Source of the DNA: an uncultured Gemmatimonadales bacterium
Lineage (GTDB): Bacteria; Gemmatimonadota; Gemmatimonadetes; Gemmatimonadales; GWC2-71-9
Direction: 5' to 3'
DNA length: 64,000 bases
Assembly: GCA_963695555.1 (NCBI GenBank)
Contig: CAVOGR010000007.1
Span: forward strand, 256,001-320,000
The first letter of the stretch is position 1. Each line of letters opens with the position of its first letter. The notes beneath the pieces were generated by a model that made no database searches, was not told where the DNA came from, and saw nothing but the letters and a program-made list of their open reading frames with translations. Both the position numbers and the translations under genes were made by a program. Below are positions 8,482-19,806 of this stretch, piece by piece.

Positions 8482-8955
8482 ATGCATACCAAAGAGCCGC
8501 TCACTTGCACCGAAGGCGCGCGGCGTGAGTTCGCGCGTCTCGTCCGCCAAGGCTTCGAGACCTCGAATGACGGCTTGGATAGCCGTCTTCGGAATGCGAA
8601 GTGGCTTGCGTTCTACTACGCGCCGGGTGATACGCTCGAAGCGGTCGCCGCCCTCAAGGCGCCAACCGAACGGTATCGGGAGGAGGTTTTCAGCAAGGCA
8701 GGCGCAGCTGTCAATCCTGCGGATTACCCACTCGAGCTTGGCTGGGTCTTCGTCGTTCCGGCCCACCGCGGGAACCGGATCGCCGAGAGCCTTTGCCCAC
8801 AACTCGTGGAGCGTGTGCCGACGCCCGCTGTTTTCGCGACGACCCGCACAGACAACGCTTCCATGAGGAGGATTCTCACCACGCTCGGCTTTACCCGAGT
8901 CGGTACGCCCTATCCATGGCGCAACGAAGAGCTTGTACTATTCCTTTGGTCCTGA
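8482..8955 (+). CDS. GNAT family N-acetyltransferase
   Basis: VFVVPAHRGNRIA acetyl-CoA motif; NASMRRILTTLGF. Confidence 0.8.
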   Translation: MHTKEPLTCTEGARREFARLVRQGFETSNDGLDSRLRNAKWLAFYYAPGDTLEAVAALKAPTERYREEVFSKAGAAVNPADYPLELGWVFVVPAHRGNRIAESLCPQLVERVPTPAVFATTRTDNASMRRILTTLGFTRVGTPYPWRNEELVLFLWS

Positions 8956-9066
8956 CTGCTGGCAAATGGCGCCCGTGTCTGTTGGTATAGAGAACTTGCC
9001 GTCCCTTCTGCTGAAGAGCCTGCCAGTCGCCGGGGCGCGCCAAGACGACTGGCAGTCGATCGAAGT

Positions 9067-10272
9067 TCAGGGCTTCACTTCGTACGCCGTGGGAAACGGG
9101 GTCGCCGGATAGGGACCGATCTTCTCGACGGTGTACTCGCCGGCCCACCGGTCTGGTGGGGCGTCGGACGCCTCGACTCCGTTCGTGGCCGGCCGGAGGC
9201 CGTGCTCGATATAGGCGACGAGTGCCCACAAGTCCTCGTCCGCCATGTGGCGGAGGGCGACCCATGGCATGATGGGGCCCAGGTAGTCCGGCTCAGCCGG
9301 GAAGTTGCTCCGGTCTGCGGCAATCTCCCGGTCCGTAGCGTCGCTCGGCCGGAGTCCGTACCGCAGTGCGTTGAAGATCTGCCGAGCGCTGAAGCGGCCC
9401 AAACCCGTGGCACCGTCCGGCGTCAGGTTTCGCGGGCGTAGGATGAAGCAGGGCCCAGCCTCCGCCTCCCCACACACGCCGATCAGGAAGGCATCACTCG
9501 GGTCTGTGATGCCGGCGAGCCAGCCGTCCGCCGCCGGGCTCGAGCCCCCTCCGTGACAGCCGCCGCAGTCGTGCTGGATGGCTACTTGCCTGCCCCGAAG
9601 TACCTGCGCCCGATCGACCCCCGCGGGCGGTTCGGTCTCGTGTGCCGTCGGGAACGCGGCGGCTGGCAACGTGCCGATCTCCTCGGGGGTGTACGCCCCC
9701 GCCCAGAAATCGGGTGGCCCCTCGCTGTCCTCCACTTTGTGGCTGACCGGCGCCACACCGTGCTTCAGGTACGCGGCGATGGCCCACAAGTCCTCGTCGG
9801 GCATGTGTCGCCAGGCCGGCCACGGCATCGGCGGCGCCAGGTATTTTGGGTTGATCGGGAAGTTGCCTTCGCCCGGGGTGGTCGAGGTGATCTCCACGTC
9901 CGCCGTCTCGCCGGGACGCAGCCCATAGCGGAGCGAGTTGAAGATCTGGCGTTCGCTGAACCGGCCCATCCCCGTGACGTTGTCCGGCGTCAGGTTCCGC
10001 GGCCGGGTCCGGAAGGGACCGATCAGGAACTCCTGATCCGGCCGCATCATGCCGGCTACCCAGCCCTCCTGCCCCGGATCGAAGCTCCCATGGCACAGGC
10101 TGCACGCGTGCTCCAGCACGAGCTGGCGACCGCGGAGCACCTGCGACGGGTCTGCCGGGCCGTCCGCCATGATCACGGGCCCGCCGGTGAACGCGGCGAC
10201 CACCGCCACCGCCGCCACGATCACGGGCACCGCCACCAATGGACGGATCCACCAAACGCTGCGCCTCATCAT
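9067..10272 (-). CDS. Diheme cytochrome c built from two tandem homologous domains
   Basis: CSLCH and CGGCH; duplicated RPRNLTPD...GRFS.RQIFN.LRYGLRP and MPW...RHM.DEDLWA; N-terminal hydrophobic helix. Confidence 0.9.
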   Translation of the reverse strand: MMRRSVWWIRPLVAVPVIVAAVAVVAAFTGGPVIMADGPADPSQVLRGRQLVLEHACSLCHGSFDPGQEGWVAGMMRPDQEFLIGPFRTRPRNLTPDNVTGMGRFSERQIFNSLRYGLRPGETADVEITSTTPGEGNFPINPKYLAPPMPWPAWRHMPDEDLWAIAAYLKHGVAPVSHKVEDSEGPPDFWAGAYTPEEIGTLPAAAFPTAHETEPPAGVDRAQVLRGRQVAIQHDCGGCHGGGSSPAADGWLAGITDPSDAFLIGVCGEAEAGPCFILRPRNLTPDGATGLGRFSARQIFNALRYGLRPSDATDREIAADRSNFPAEPDYLGPIMPWVALRHMADEDLWALVAYIEHGLRPATNGVEASDAPPDRWAGEYTVEKIGPYPATPFPTAYEVKP

Positions 10273-10282
10273 TGCGTCCCTT

Positions 10283-11812
10283 TCATTTGACTTCGAGAAC
10301 TCCCATCATCCCGTTGACCTCATGGTCCAGGATGTGGCAGTGGAACATCCATTTCCCGGGGTAATCGTCGAACCGCACGATGATGCGCACCGTCTCGTGC
10401 TTCGGCACGTTCACCGTGTCCTCCCAGCGCCGGTACACGACGGGCACTCCGTTCACGTCAATGACCTGAAACCGGTAGCCGTGCAGGTGGAACGGGTGGT
10501 CCATGCCCACCAGGTTCTCGATCGCCCAGATCTCGGTCGCGCCGAGGGCCGCGGTCTGGTCCACCCGGGCCAGGTCCATCGTCTTGCCGTTGATGAAGCC
10601 CTGCGTGAGCGACATGACCCGTGTGACCGTCGCCGCCGCCGTGTCCAGCGGCACGACCGGCCGCATGGTGGCGGGCAGCGTCATGGGCTCGACGGGAGGA
10701 TCGTCGGTATATGCGAGGGTGAGGAGGTCTCGGGTCTGGTCCCAGTCGGCCGGCCGGGTCTGGGGGATGTAGCGGTCGTACGGCAGGGCCTGCAGCAGGG
10801 CGGTGCTGCCCGGCGCACCCGTGCCGCGTACCAACAGTTCCACCCGCTCGGAGTTGGATAGGATCACCTCGGTGGTGTCGACGGGCCGCTCGAACAGGCC
10901 GCCGTCGCTCCCAACCATCAAGAGGCGCTGGCCCGGAATCGCCAGCCGGTAGACCCTCGAAGCAGACGCGTTGACCACCCGCCAGCGCTGTACCTCGCCG
11001 CTTCGGATGGCGATCGTCGGCGCGAGCTGCCCGTTCACGAACAAGAGGTCTCCCTCCCATCCGTTCTCGAAATCCACCCGGCCTTCGGGTGAGGTGAGTG
11101 GCGGCAGATCGACGGATCCGTCCGCCAGGAACCGGGCGTCCGTGAGGATGAGCAGCTTCTCGGCAAGCGGGGGGAGCGGATCGTCCGCGGCCCGCACGAT
11201 GATCGCCCCGAAGAGCCCTTTCGTTACCTGATCGCGTGTCAGATGATGCGGATGCGGGTGATACCAATAAGTACCCGCGGTGCCCGGCGGAATGGTGAAG
11301 TCGAAATCGGCTTGCCCACCCGGCGGAATAGGATGGAACGGACTCCCATCGGCGTACCACGGGATGTGAAGCCCATGCCAGTGTACGGTGGTCGGCTCGG
11401 GAAGTTCGTTCCGGAGATGTACGATCAGCCGGTCGCCCTCGCGTACTTCGAGCGTGGGCCCCGGAATTGTCCCATTGTACGCGTACGCGTCGGTCTCGAT
11501 ACCCGGCACCAGCGAGAGCCGGGTCGGGCCTGCGGTGAGCGTCACCTCGACCGTGCGAGGACCGCTGGAGCGGTCCGCCATGCTGGGAGGAGCCGTGAGA
11601 ACTCGAGTGGCCGACACGGCGGCCACCGGTTGTTGTGAGTGGAGCGGCGTGTACGCCAGGAGCGGGACCGACCCGAGAAGGGCGGTCAGCAGCAGGGGGA
11701 AACGAATTGGGGTACTCCTCAGTTCAGGGAAAGGTGTTCGGCCCAAACCCTGTCGGGACGGAATATTCCTCTTGGCAGAGGGGATCGCAAGCACACCCAA
11801 GGCCTCGCCCAC
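10283..11812 (-). CDS. Multicopper oxidase (laccase/CueO-like), start uncertain
   Basis: HWHG, YWYHPHPH, HPFHLHG and HCHILDHE...MM copper motifs. Confidence 0.93.
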   Translation of the reverse strand: MGEALGVLAIPSAKRNIPSRQGLGRTPFPELRSTPIRFPLLLTALLGSVPLLAYTPLHSQQPVAAVSATRVLTAPPSMADRSSGPRTVEVTLTAGPTRLSLVPGIETDAYAYNGTIPGPTLEVREGDRLIVHLRNELPEPTTVHWHGLHIPWYADGSPFHPIPPGGQADFDFTIPPGTAGTYWYHPHPHHLTRDQVTKGLFGAIIVRAADDPLPPLAEKLLILTDARFLADGSVDLPPLTSPEGRVDFENGWEGDLLFVNGQLAPTIAIRSGEVQRWRVVNASASRVYRLAIPGQRLLMVGSDGGLFERPVDTTEVILSNSERVELLVRGTGAPGSTALLQALPYDRYIPQTRPADWDQTRDLLTLAYTDDPPVEPMTLPATMRPVVPLDTAAATVTRVMSLTQGFINGKTMDLARVDQTAALGATEIWAIENLVGMDHPFHLHGYRFQVIDVNGVPVVYRRWEDTVNVPKHETVRIIVRFDDYPGKWMFHCHILDHEVNGMMGVLEVK

Positions 11813-11982
11813 TCCAGAGGGCTCAGCGCCATGACCGACGGGTTGGCGCCCTACCCTCTTGGGTTCCGCGGGAAGCAGATCTCCCGATGTCCTTGCGCCC
11901 GCGGCGATGGATATTTACTTGGTAAGACAAAGTACTTGACAAATGGATAACCCTGCAATCGAATCGTCGGGAGGCCCCGGGT

Positions 11983-12270
11983 ATGAGTCGATCCCTGATC
12001 AAGCAGCCGAGCGCCGTGGTTCCACTGGTCATGTCGAGCGTGGCCCTGGCCCTGGTCCTCGGTCACGCCGCCCTGTTCGGGGTGGTCCATGAGGCGGACG
12101 AGGGAACCGCCGCCCATATCTTCCAGCTCCTCATGGCTGTCCAGGTTCCAGTCGTGGCCTTCTTCGCCATCAAGTGGCTGCCGCGGGCTCCGCGGCAGGC
12201 ATTCCAGGTGCTGGCGCTACAGGCCGGTGCCGCGCTTGCGGCAATCACCGCCGTCTTCTTCCTCACGTAA
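11983..12270 (+). CDS. Small membrane protein (about 3 TM)
   Basis: Three hydrophobic segments; GGAGG RBS. Confidence 0.7.
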   Translation: MSRSLIKQPSAVVPLVMSSVALALVLGHAALFGVVHEADEGTAAHIFQLLMAVQVPVVAFFAIKWLPRAPRQAFQVLALQAGAALAAITAVFFLT

Positions 12271-12520
12271 CGTAACGTCCTGTTCCGCTAGTGAGCGGCG
12301 GGGTCCACGCGGCTGCCGATCAACACTCGGCCCTTCCCCTCCTCGACTCTGTCGCGAGCCTTGCCCGGTGCGCCGCGAAGTCGGCGGCCCCTCGGGGCAG
12401 CCGTTGAGCCTTGCTCTGGTCAATAGAAGTCGTTAATTGCCGGAGAGACGGGCAGAACCGGACCGCCGCTGACCCGGAGTACATTCGTCAGGCGACTTGA
12501 ATTAGGGTCATGGCAACATC

Positions 12521-13428
12521 ATGACGAACGCACAACAAGATTTCATACGAGCGCGGCAGCGCATGCTCGACCGGTATGGGGTCGAGGCTGAATCGCGCTT
12601 CGTGGACGTCCCGTCCGTCGGAGGGCGGGCTCACGCGCTGATCGCTGGCCAAGGACGGCCGGTGGTGATGGTCAGCGGGATTGGGACCCCAGGCGCCATG
12701 TGGGCTCCCTTGATGCCGGAACTCGATGGGCTCCGCTTGATCGCGGTTGACCTGCCCGCATATGGCCTGACCGACACCACCCCGCGGCTCGCCGACGACA
12801 TCCGGCAGAGCGCGGTCCGCTTCCTCACAGGCGTACTCGACGGGCTGGAATTGGATCGGGCGGCATTCGTAGGCAATTCGCTTGGTTCGCTTTGGTGCAG
12901 TTGGCTGGCACTCGATCGGCCGAAGCGAGTACGGGCGCTGGTGCATGTCGGATGCCCCGCCCTGCTCTTCGATACGTCCGCTCCGCTTCCGATGCGACTC
13001 CTATCGGTCCCGCCGCTGGGGCGGCTGTTGACCCGGCTCCAGCCGCCATCGCCGTCACAGGTCGCGCAGCTGAGCAAGATGGTCAAGGAACACCCGCTGG
13101 TCCCGGAGCTGGTTGACCTGTTGGTGGCAACCGAACGCCTGCCTGGCTATCGCGAAACATTCCTCTCCACACTCCATAAGCTGTTACGACTGCGCGGCAG
13201 TGGGCCGAAATGAGGCTGACGACCGAGCAGCTCGCGAGGATCGACCAGCCAACACTCGTGTTTTGGGGAGAGAACGACCCATTTGGATCCCGAACAGTGG
13301 GGGAACGCATGGTGGCCGCGATGCCGGCCGCAGAGTTCCATGTCGTCGGAGGAGGCCACGCTCCATGGTTGACCCAGGCGAGGGCCATTGGGCCGGTAGC
13401 ACGGCGGTTCTTGGAGCGTGAAGAGTGA
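12521..13428 (+). CDS. Alpha/beta-fold hydrolase, split by one frameshift near 13205
   Basis: GNSLG nucleophile elbow in 12521-13213; PTLVFWGENDP and GGHAPW in 13210-13428. Confidence 0.8.
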
Positions 13429-13551
13429 GGAGTAAGGAGTGGAAAGGGGGGAGTGGGAAGCGGGGAGTGGGTGGCGGTGGGTAGGTTTGCTGGTCGGTAA
13501 CTGCCTCAAACCGCTGGGAACGCACAATCCATCTCACACTGATGCTCGCAC

Positions 13552-13959
13552 ATGAACCAATCGATCATTCATGTGGCGCTGGTTGTTCGCGACTACGACG
13601 AAGCCATCGACTTCTTCTGCCACAAATTGCATTTCACGTTGGTCGAAGACACCTACCAGCCCGAACAGGACAAACGCTGGGTCGTCGTCGCTCCACCCGG
13701 CTCCCGCGGCACCAACCTGCTGTTGGCTCGAGCCTCGACCCCGGAGCAGGCTGCGTTCATTGGCCGCCAGACCGGTGGCCGGGTGTTCTTGTTCCTCAGG
13801 ACCGACGACTTTAGGCGTGACTACGATGCGATGCGCTCTGCCGGCATTCGCTTCGTCAGGAAGCCGATCAAAGAACCGTACGGCACGGTAGCGGTGTTCG
13901 AGGATCTGTACGGGAACCTGTGGGACCTGCTCGAGCCGACGAAGCAGGAGGCCACCTAG
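13552..13959 (+). CDS. VOC/glyoxalase family protein
   Basis: HVALVVRDYDEAIDFF; EPYGTVAVFEDLYGNLWDLLE. Confidence 0.92.
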   Translation: MNQSIIHVALVVRDYDEAIDFFCHKLHFTLVEDTYQPEQDKRWVVVAPPGSRGTNLLLARASTPEQAAFIGRQTGGRVFLFLRTDDFRRDYDAMRSAGIRFVRKPIKEPYGTVAVFEDLYGNLWDLLEPTKQEAT

Positions 13960-14092
13960 ACGTTTTGGTGCCGCACAATTCTCTTCCGGATCGGACGCAG
14001 CCCCCCCGTGGTGAAGCCAAACAGAGGACAATTGCGATGACAGGTGATGCGAACTTGATAAGCGGTGCCTTCAAACGTCCTCGGAGGAAGAG

Positions 14093-15421
14093 ATGATGCG
14101 GAGAGGGCTCGTTGTTCTATCGGTCATGATGCTCCCTGGGATCCTGCTCCCTCCCCAGGCGTTTCCAGCTTCCCAATCACCAACCCGACAGCCAGCTGCA
14201 TCGGCCGCGACCCAGCGGCCACGCGCGGCAGCAGGGGGTCTTTCGGCGGAGCGTCTCGCTCGGATCGACCGCGTGCTGCAGCACTATGTGGACGAGGAGC
14301 GCATCGCCGGCGCCGTGGCCCTCGTGCTTCGAGACGGGCAACCGGTCTATGAGCGAGCGTTTGGATGGAGCGACAAAGAGGCCGGGCGACGCATGGCCAC
14401 CACCACGATCTTCCGCATCGCCTCCCAGACCAAGGCGATTACCAGCGTGGCAGCCCTGTCGCTCGTGGAAGAGGGGACAATTGGCCTCAACGATCCGGTG
14501 AGTCGCTATATCCCTTCCTTTGCTAACACGATGGTGGCAGTGCGCCACGATACCGGCGTCGCGTTCGTCGCGGCCACGCGTCCAATCACCATTCGGGATC
14601 TGCTCACGCATACGGCTGGCATCTCCTACGGAACGGAGAGTGACGTCGCCCAGTTGTACCAAGCGAAGGGGCTGGGGCCCGCAGCGGGCTTCGGGTGGTA
14701 CACGGCGGACAAAGATGAACCGATCTGCGAGACCATGGAACGACTGGCGTCGCTCCCGTTCGTCGCCCAACCCGGCGAGGAGTGGGTGTACGGCTACAAT
14801 ACCGACGTCCTCGGCTGTGTCGTCGAACGCGCTTCCGGAGTACGGTTGGATGAGTTCGTTCGGACTCGCATCACCGAGCCACTCGACATGAGGGATACAT
14901 ATTTCTTTCTGCCAGCCGACCACAGGAATCGGCTTGCCGCGGTGTACGCCAGCACGAGCGATGGCCGCTTCGCGCGGGCTCCTGAAGGTCCGAGAGGCCA
15001 GGGCCGGTATGTTGACGGTCCGCGCCGCAGCTTTGCGGGCGGAGCCGGGCTCCTCTCGACCGCGCACGACTACGCCCGATTCCTCGAAATGATTCGCAAC
15101 GCCGGAGCCCTGGACGGCGTTCGCATCCTGGCGCCACGGACCGTGAGACTCATGACAACGAACCAAGTCGGGACCCTGTATTCTTCGACGGGCCTCGGAT
15201 TCGGACTGGGTTTCGAGACCACGGATCGGTTTGGTGCCAATGGAATGGACTCCGAGGGCGCGTTTGGGTGGGGAGGGGCGTACGGCACGTCGTATCGAGT
15301 CGATCCCGAGGCTCGGCTCGTCATCGTCTTGATGATCCAGCTTCTGCCCAACGCGACGGACATCAGAGAGAAGTTCCGGACCCTGGTGTATCAGGCGCTG
15401 GTTGAGCCACCGAACAAATGA
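14093..15421 (+). CDS. Secreted serine hydrolase (beta-lactamase-related)
   Basis: FRIASQTK, LLTHTAG, WVYG, FGWGGAYGT. Confidence 0.92.
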   Translation: MMRRGLVVLSVMMLPGILLPPQAFPASQSPTRQPAASAATQRPRAAAGGLSAERLARIDRVLQHYVDEERIAGAVALVLRDGQPVYERAFGWSDKEAGRRMATTTIFRIASQTKAITSVAALSLVEEGTIGLNDPVSRYIPSFANTMVAVRHDTGVAFVAATRPITIRDLLTHTAGISYGTESDVAQLYQAKGLGPAAGFGWYTADKDEPICETMERLASLPFVAQPGEEWVYGYNTDVLGCVVERASGVRLDEFVRTRITEPLDMRDTYFFLPADHRNRLAAVYASTSDGRFARAPEGPRGQGRYVDGPRRSFAGGAGLLSTAHDYARFLEMIRNAGALDGVRILAPRTVRLMTTNQVGTLYSSTGLGFGLGFETTDRFGANGMDSEGAFGWGGAYGTSYRVDPEARLVIVLMIQLLPNATDIREKFRTLVYQALVEPPNK

Positions 15422-15573
15422 GGGGAGCCGACGCGCGGCCTGCCGCTGGATGCAAATGTCGAGCGCTTGTGTTCTGGAGGAAGTCGTGAAATCGTTACGG
15501 ACCCAAGCGAATGAACCGCAGCCGCGCTAGGTAGCCTACATAGATCGACGGGCATCCCGAGCGAGTTCCAATC

Positions 15574-15967
15574 ATGAAGACACTCAATCCCTACCTCATG
15601 TTCTCCGGCAATTGCCGCGAAGCCCTGACATTCTATCAGGAGTGCCTTGGCGGTGAGATTACTTCGATCCAGACCTATGCAGAATCGCCGCTCGGTGTGC
15701 CCGACGAACATGGCCACCGGATCTTCAACGCCGTTTTTCGCGCCGACGAGCTGCTCCTCAGGGCGTCCGACGATATGCCGAACCATCCGGTGACCAGAGG
15801 AAGCAACTTCGCCCTCTTCGTTGCGTTCTCGGACAAGGAAGAGCAGGAACGGAGCTTTGCCACGCTCTCCGACGGGCGGGAAGATCTCCTTCCCGTTGGC
15901 GAACGGATTCGGCATGCTCACCGACAAGTTCGGTATCCAGTGGATGCTGGCGCTCGAGGACAGCTAG
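15574..15967 (+). CDS. VOC family PhnB-like protein, frameshift near 15875
   Basis: LNPYLMFSGNCREALTFY; FGMLTDKFGIQWM continues in another frame to TAG at 15967. Confidence 0.85.
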
Positions 15968-15991
15968 CCTAGCGTTCATCCGCTAAAGGTC

Positions 15992-16225
15992 GTGGCCAGC
16001 CTCCACGGAGAAACATGGGCGAACCGGTTGTCGTTGGATTCGGCGGTCTTGGCCGTCGCCGGCCTCGCCCTCGTCCTGCTGGGCGCCGTTCGGCGTGCCG
16101 TCAATCTCATGGTGACCGGGTCGGCCGTCCTGCTCGCGATTACCGGAGCGTGGATACTCGGCCCGGCCGGCGCCATGGTCGGACTGCTTGCCCTCGGATT
16201 CCTGAGACGCGGCCGCCGCTCGTGA
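15992..16225 (+). CDS. Small hydrophobic hypothetical protein or gene remnant
   Basis: Hydrophobic ORF that fits between neighbouring genes. Confidence 0.4.
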   Translation: MASLHGETWANRLSLDSAVLAVAGLALVLLGAVRRAVNLMVTGSAVLLAITGAWILGPAGAMVGLLALGFLRRGRRS

Positions 16226-16282
16226 GCTTCGCTGCTAGGCGAAGTGAGAAGGGGCCGGCGGTTGTGTCAGACTGGACCCGCG

Positions 16283-16666
16283 CTACTGCATGTTGGACAT
16301 CACCCGCATCCAGGCCTCGCTCAGCGCGGGATACTCCGCCAGCTTCATCATCTGGGCCGCCGCTTTGCTCTGGAATTCTCGTCCGTCCGCGCCGTACTTC
16401 TCGGCGATCTCCTGCATTTGCTCCCTGCTCGGCGGGGGCAGCGTCTTGACCTGCGCAATCACGTCTGCCATACGAGTCCCCAACGCCTCGATCTCCGACG
16501 CCGCCTTCTCGGCCGATGCCTGATCCTTGACGGCCTCGAGCACGTCGACCATCTCCTCCATGATCTCGGCCTGCGCCTCCATCCCGTCCTCATAGGAATC
16601 AATCCCGTCGCCGCCGCACGCAATACACAAGAAGCCCACGACCACTGCCGTCAACATTCGCCGCAT
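16283..16666 (-). CDS. Helical lipoprotein of unknown function
   Basis: Signal with lipobox-like CIAC; GGAGG RBS. Confidence 0.75.
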   Translation of the reverse strand: MRRMLTAVVVGFLCIACGGDGIDSYEDGMEAQAEIMEEMVDVLEAVKDQASAEKAASEIEALGTRMADVIAQVKTLPPPSREQMQEIAEKYGADGREFQSKAAAQMMKLAEYPALSEAWMRVMSNMQ

Positions 16667-16923
16667 TTTCGATCCTCCATATAAGTTCTTCGCAGTCTAC
16701 CGTCACTGGATCGAGAGGGCAACCAATTCGAGCAGATGGGTTGATACGTAGGTGGGTAGGGAGCGGCAGGGCTACCCCGGGAAATTCTGGGCCTCGGTCG
16801 AGGCCGGCCAGGTTGGACGATAGGACGATGGGCGGGTAGGTTGACGGGAGGGCGCCGTGGCACATCCCCTGCATTGCTTAGGCCCCCTCACTCCCTGAAT
16901 CAACCCCGGATAACAGGGTGCCG

Positions 16924-19806
16924 ATGTTGAAACTGCGAGTCCTCGGGACTCTCGACTTGTCGAGCGACGCCGAACACCCGACGGCATCGGAGCTTCTCGC
17001 CAAGCCCAAACCGACGGCCCTGCTGGTGTACCTGCTCCTCGCACGCCCGGGAGACTGGTGCCGCCGGGATGAGTTGGCGCACCTGTTTTGGCCCGAATCG
17101 GACCAGCAGCATGCACGCCGGGCGCTGAGCCAGGCAATTTACCAAATCCGTCAGCACCTTGGCGCCGATGCAGTCGATGCGCGCGGAACCGAGGACGTCC
17201 GGGTCGCCGCCGATGTCATTGGGTGCGACGCGCTCGACGTAAAGCGGGACCTCGCAGCGGGCACGCCCGAACAGGCGCTCACCCACTACACGGGTGACTT
17301 GCTCCCGGCATTCCACCTGCCGGACGCCGGCCCCTTCTCCGACTGGCTCGACCGCGAACGCTCGCATCTCCGCCGAACGGTCGTGGGTGCGGCGCTGACC
17401 CTCGCGAAAGAGACCGATGACCCGGCGGAAACGCGACAGTGGTTCGGCTGGGCGGTCGACCACGATCCACTGGATGATGGGACCGTGGCCGCCGCCATGA
17501 CGGGCCTGGTTCAGGCGAGGAGCAGGATCAAGCGCTCCGGCTCTTCAGAATCCATCGCGACGCCATGCGCCGCGAACTCGACCTCGAACCCAGCCCGACC
17601 GTCGCTGCGCTCGCGGACCGGGTTCAGGCGATGCCACGCCCAACACCCGTGCCGGGCCGCGTCCGGCCGCCGACTTCGGAACGCAGACCACGCCCTACCT
17701 TCGGTCACGGGCACCGCCGAAGCGCCTGCGCAGGCCCCACACCGGTTTCGCAAACTCACCGCAATCCTCGCCACCGCCGCTGCCGTGGTTGTCGGCGTGC
17801 AGATCTTGGCGCCCCACGCCGGGGCACGGCGCGCGCTCGATCCCGGCTTGGTGGCGGTGCTGCCGTTCAGGTATGAAGGATCGGACGACCGCGACCGTTG
17901 GCTGGCGAGTGCGCTTCCGGTAAGCCTCGTCCCGCTCCTCGACGGCACTGGGGGCCTGCGCGCGGTGGCGGAGCAACGCATGAACCTGACGCTGGCCGCG
18001 CACGGGCAGTCGTGGGAGAGTGATTTCGACGCCGATGCGGCGATGGCGGTGGCAGAAGCGGTGGGAGCTGGAATGTATCTCACGGCGGTGGTGGCAAGCG
18101 ACGGCGACCACCGCCGTGTGTCCGCTACGTTGACGCGTACCGAATCGGGCGAGCAAGTCGAGCATGTCGAGTTCGCAATCGACACGCTCGACGTGAACGC
18201 GGCCATCGACCGGCTCCAAGCGGAACTCCTCATTCGGGTGGCAGGCCAACAGCGGCGAGCGGCCCAGCTTCTCACCCACTCGACACCCGCGCTGCGGCAC
18301 TATGTCGACGGCATGGTAGCCCGGCGGGAACAGCGGTACCTCGACGCGATTCGGCACCTCCACCAGGCGATGGACCTCGATTCCACGTTCGCCCTAGCGG
18401 CCCTCGCCTACCGGGAGGCCTCCATCTGGCTGCCCGATGGGACTCCGCACCGGCTCGCGCTCGAGCGGGCCGACAGTCTGGTCCGCTGGTTCCCCGATCG
18501 GCTGAGCAACGCCGATCGCGCCGTGTCGGACGCAATCTTTCACACCCATCGCCTCGACGAAAATGGTCAGGAGGCTCTCCAGGGTATTCGCCGTGCAACG
18601 CTGGTGGCCCCCGACCGGCCGCTGGCCTGGATGCTCCTGGGCGATTTTCTGCTGCACGACGGCCGGATGCTGGGGCTACCCGATCACCTGGCACTGGCCA
18701 CGGCGGCATTCGACAGCGTCCGCGCGCTCGGCGACCCGATCCCGGAAGCCGAACGACACCTGATCGAGATCCGGTTCGCCGAGCGCGACACCGCCTTCGC
18801 CCGGTCGTTCCTCGCGAGGCACCTGAGGGATCCGGACAACTTCAGCCATCTCTGGTGGGTTGCGGCCTCCTTGGTCAGGGATAGCTCGGCGCTCGCCGAA
18901 TTTGGCCGCACGCTGGATCGCGAGCCGCCGTCGACCTGGCGCTGGATGGTGCTCTGGTCCCAGCGCGCGGAAGTCGGGCTTCGTGCAGGCCGACCGGGCA
19001 GCCGCCTTCCTCGGCTCCTCGCTGGCGCTCGATAGCATAGTCCGGAGAGCCCACGCCTACGCCCTCGCGGTCTATGCCCTGAATCGCGGCCGCCTGGAAG
19101 CGGCGCTTGCCCCTTCGGCGCGGCGATTGGGAAGCGACATTCCTGACGCCGTTTGGCGGCTCGAGGTGGCGCTGGCCTCACCCCTGGGCTGGGTGGATCG
19201 CGACAGCGCCGCGGCGACGGTTGCGGCGGAGTTCAACCGGTATGACGGTGATGATCGCCTGGTGGCGGCATGCAATCTCGGGCTCTGGCATGCGGCCTGG
19301 GCAATCCAGCCGAGGCATCGCGACTGGCCGACGCCACGGCTCGGTGGCTGGATCACCCGAACGTGCGCCTTCGCTCCTACGCCGTGGCCTGTCCCAAGGT
19401 GATCAGCGCGGCGCTCGACAGCGCGACGGACCTGGCCGGGCTGCGAAACGTCGCGACCTACCTGGGCGACGAACCGGCCGGTGTGCTCCGTCATGACATC
19501 ACCCGCTGGAACCTCTATGTGGCCGACCTACTTGCTGAGCGGGGGAAGCCCGCCCTCGCGCTGCCCCTAACCACCCGGCTCGGGTTTGTGGTCGAGGAAT
19601 CCGCGTGGCTAACACCCGCGCTGCTTCGCGAGGCCGAGTTGAGCCTCGCGGTGGGCGACACCACCCGCGCGGCCCTAGCCTACCAGCGTGCCGCGCGGAT
19701 GCTGTCGGACCCCGAGCCGGCCCTGCAGAGTGTGGCCGAGCGGGTACGGCGCGCCGCCCAAACGCTTGGCCAAGCGACGCGCCGCTCCACTGCTCCCGGC
19801 AACTAA
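16924..19806 (+). CDS. BTAD/SARP-type transmembrane transcriptional regulator with TPR-like C-terminal region, several frameshifts
   Basis: LRVLG...LLVYLLL...RDELAHLFWPESD...ARRALSQAIYQIR; ELDLEPSP appears in an alternate frame (17565+); TM segment followed by VAVLPF; continues in ORFs 18860-19402 and 19270-19806. Confidence 0.8.

Noticed and set aside
3299..15421. Serine hydrolases as bona fide antibiotic-resistance beta-lactamases
   Set aside because: The SxxK fold is shared with peptidases and esterases; the sequence alone does not show the substrate.
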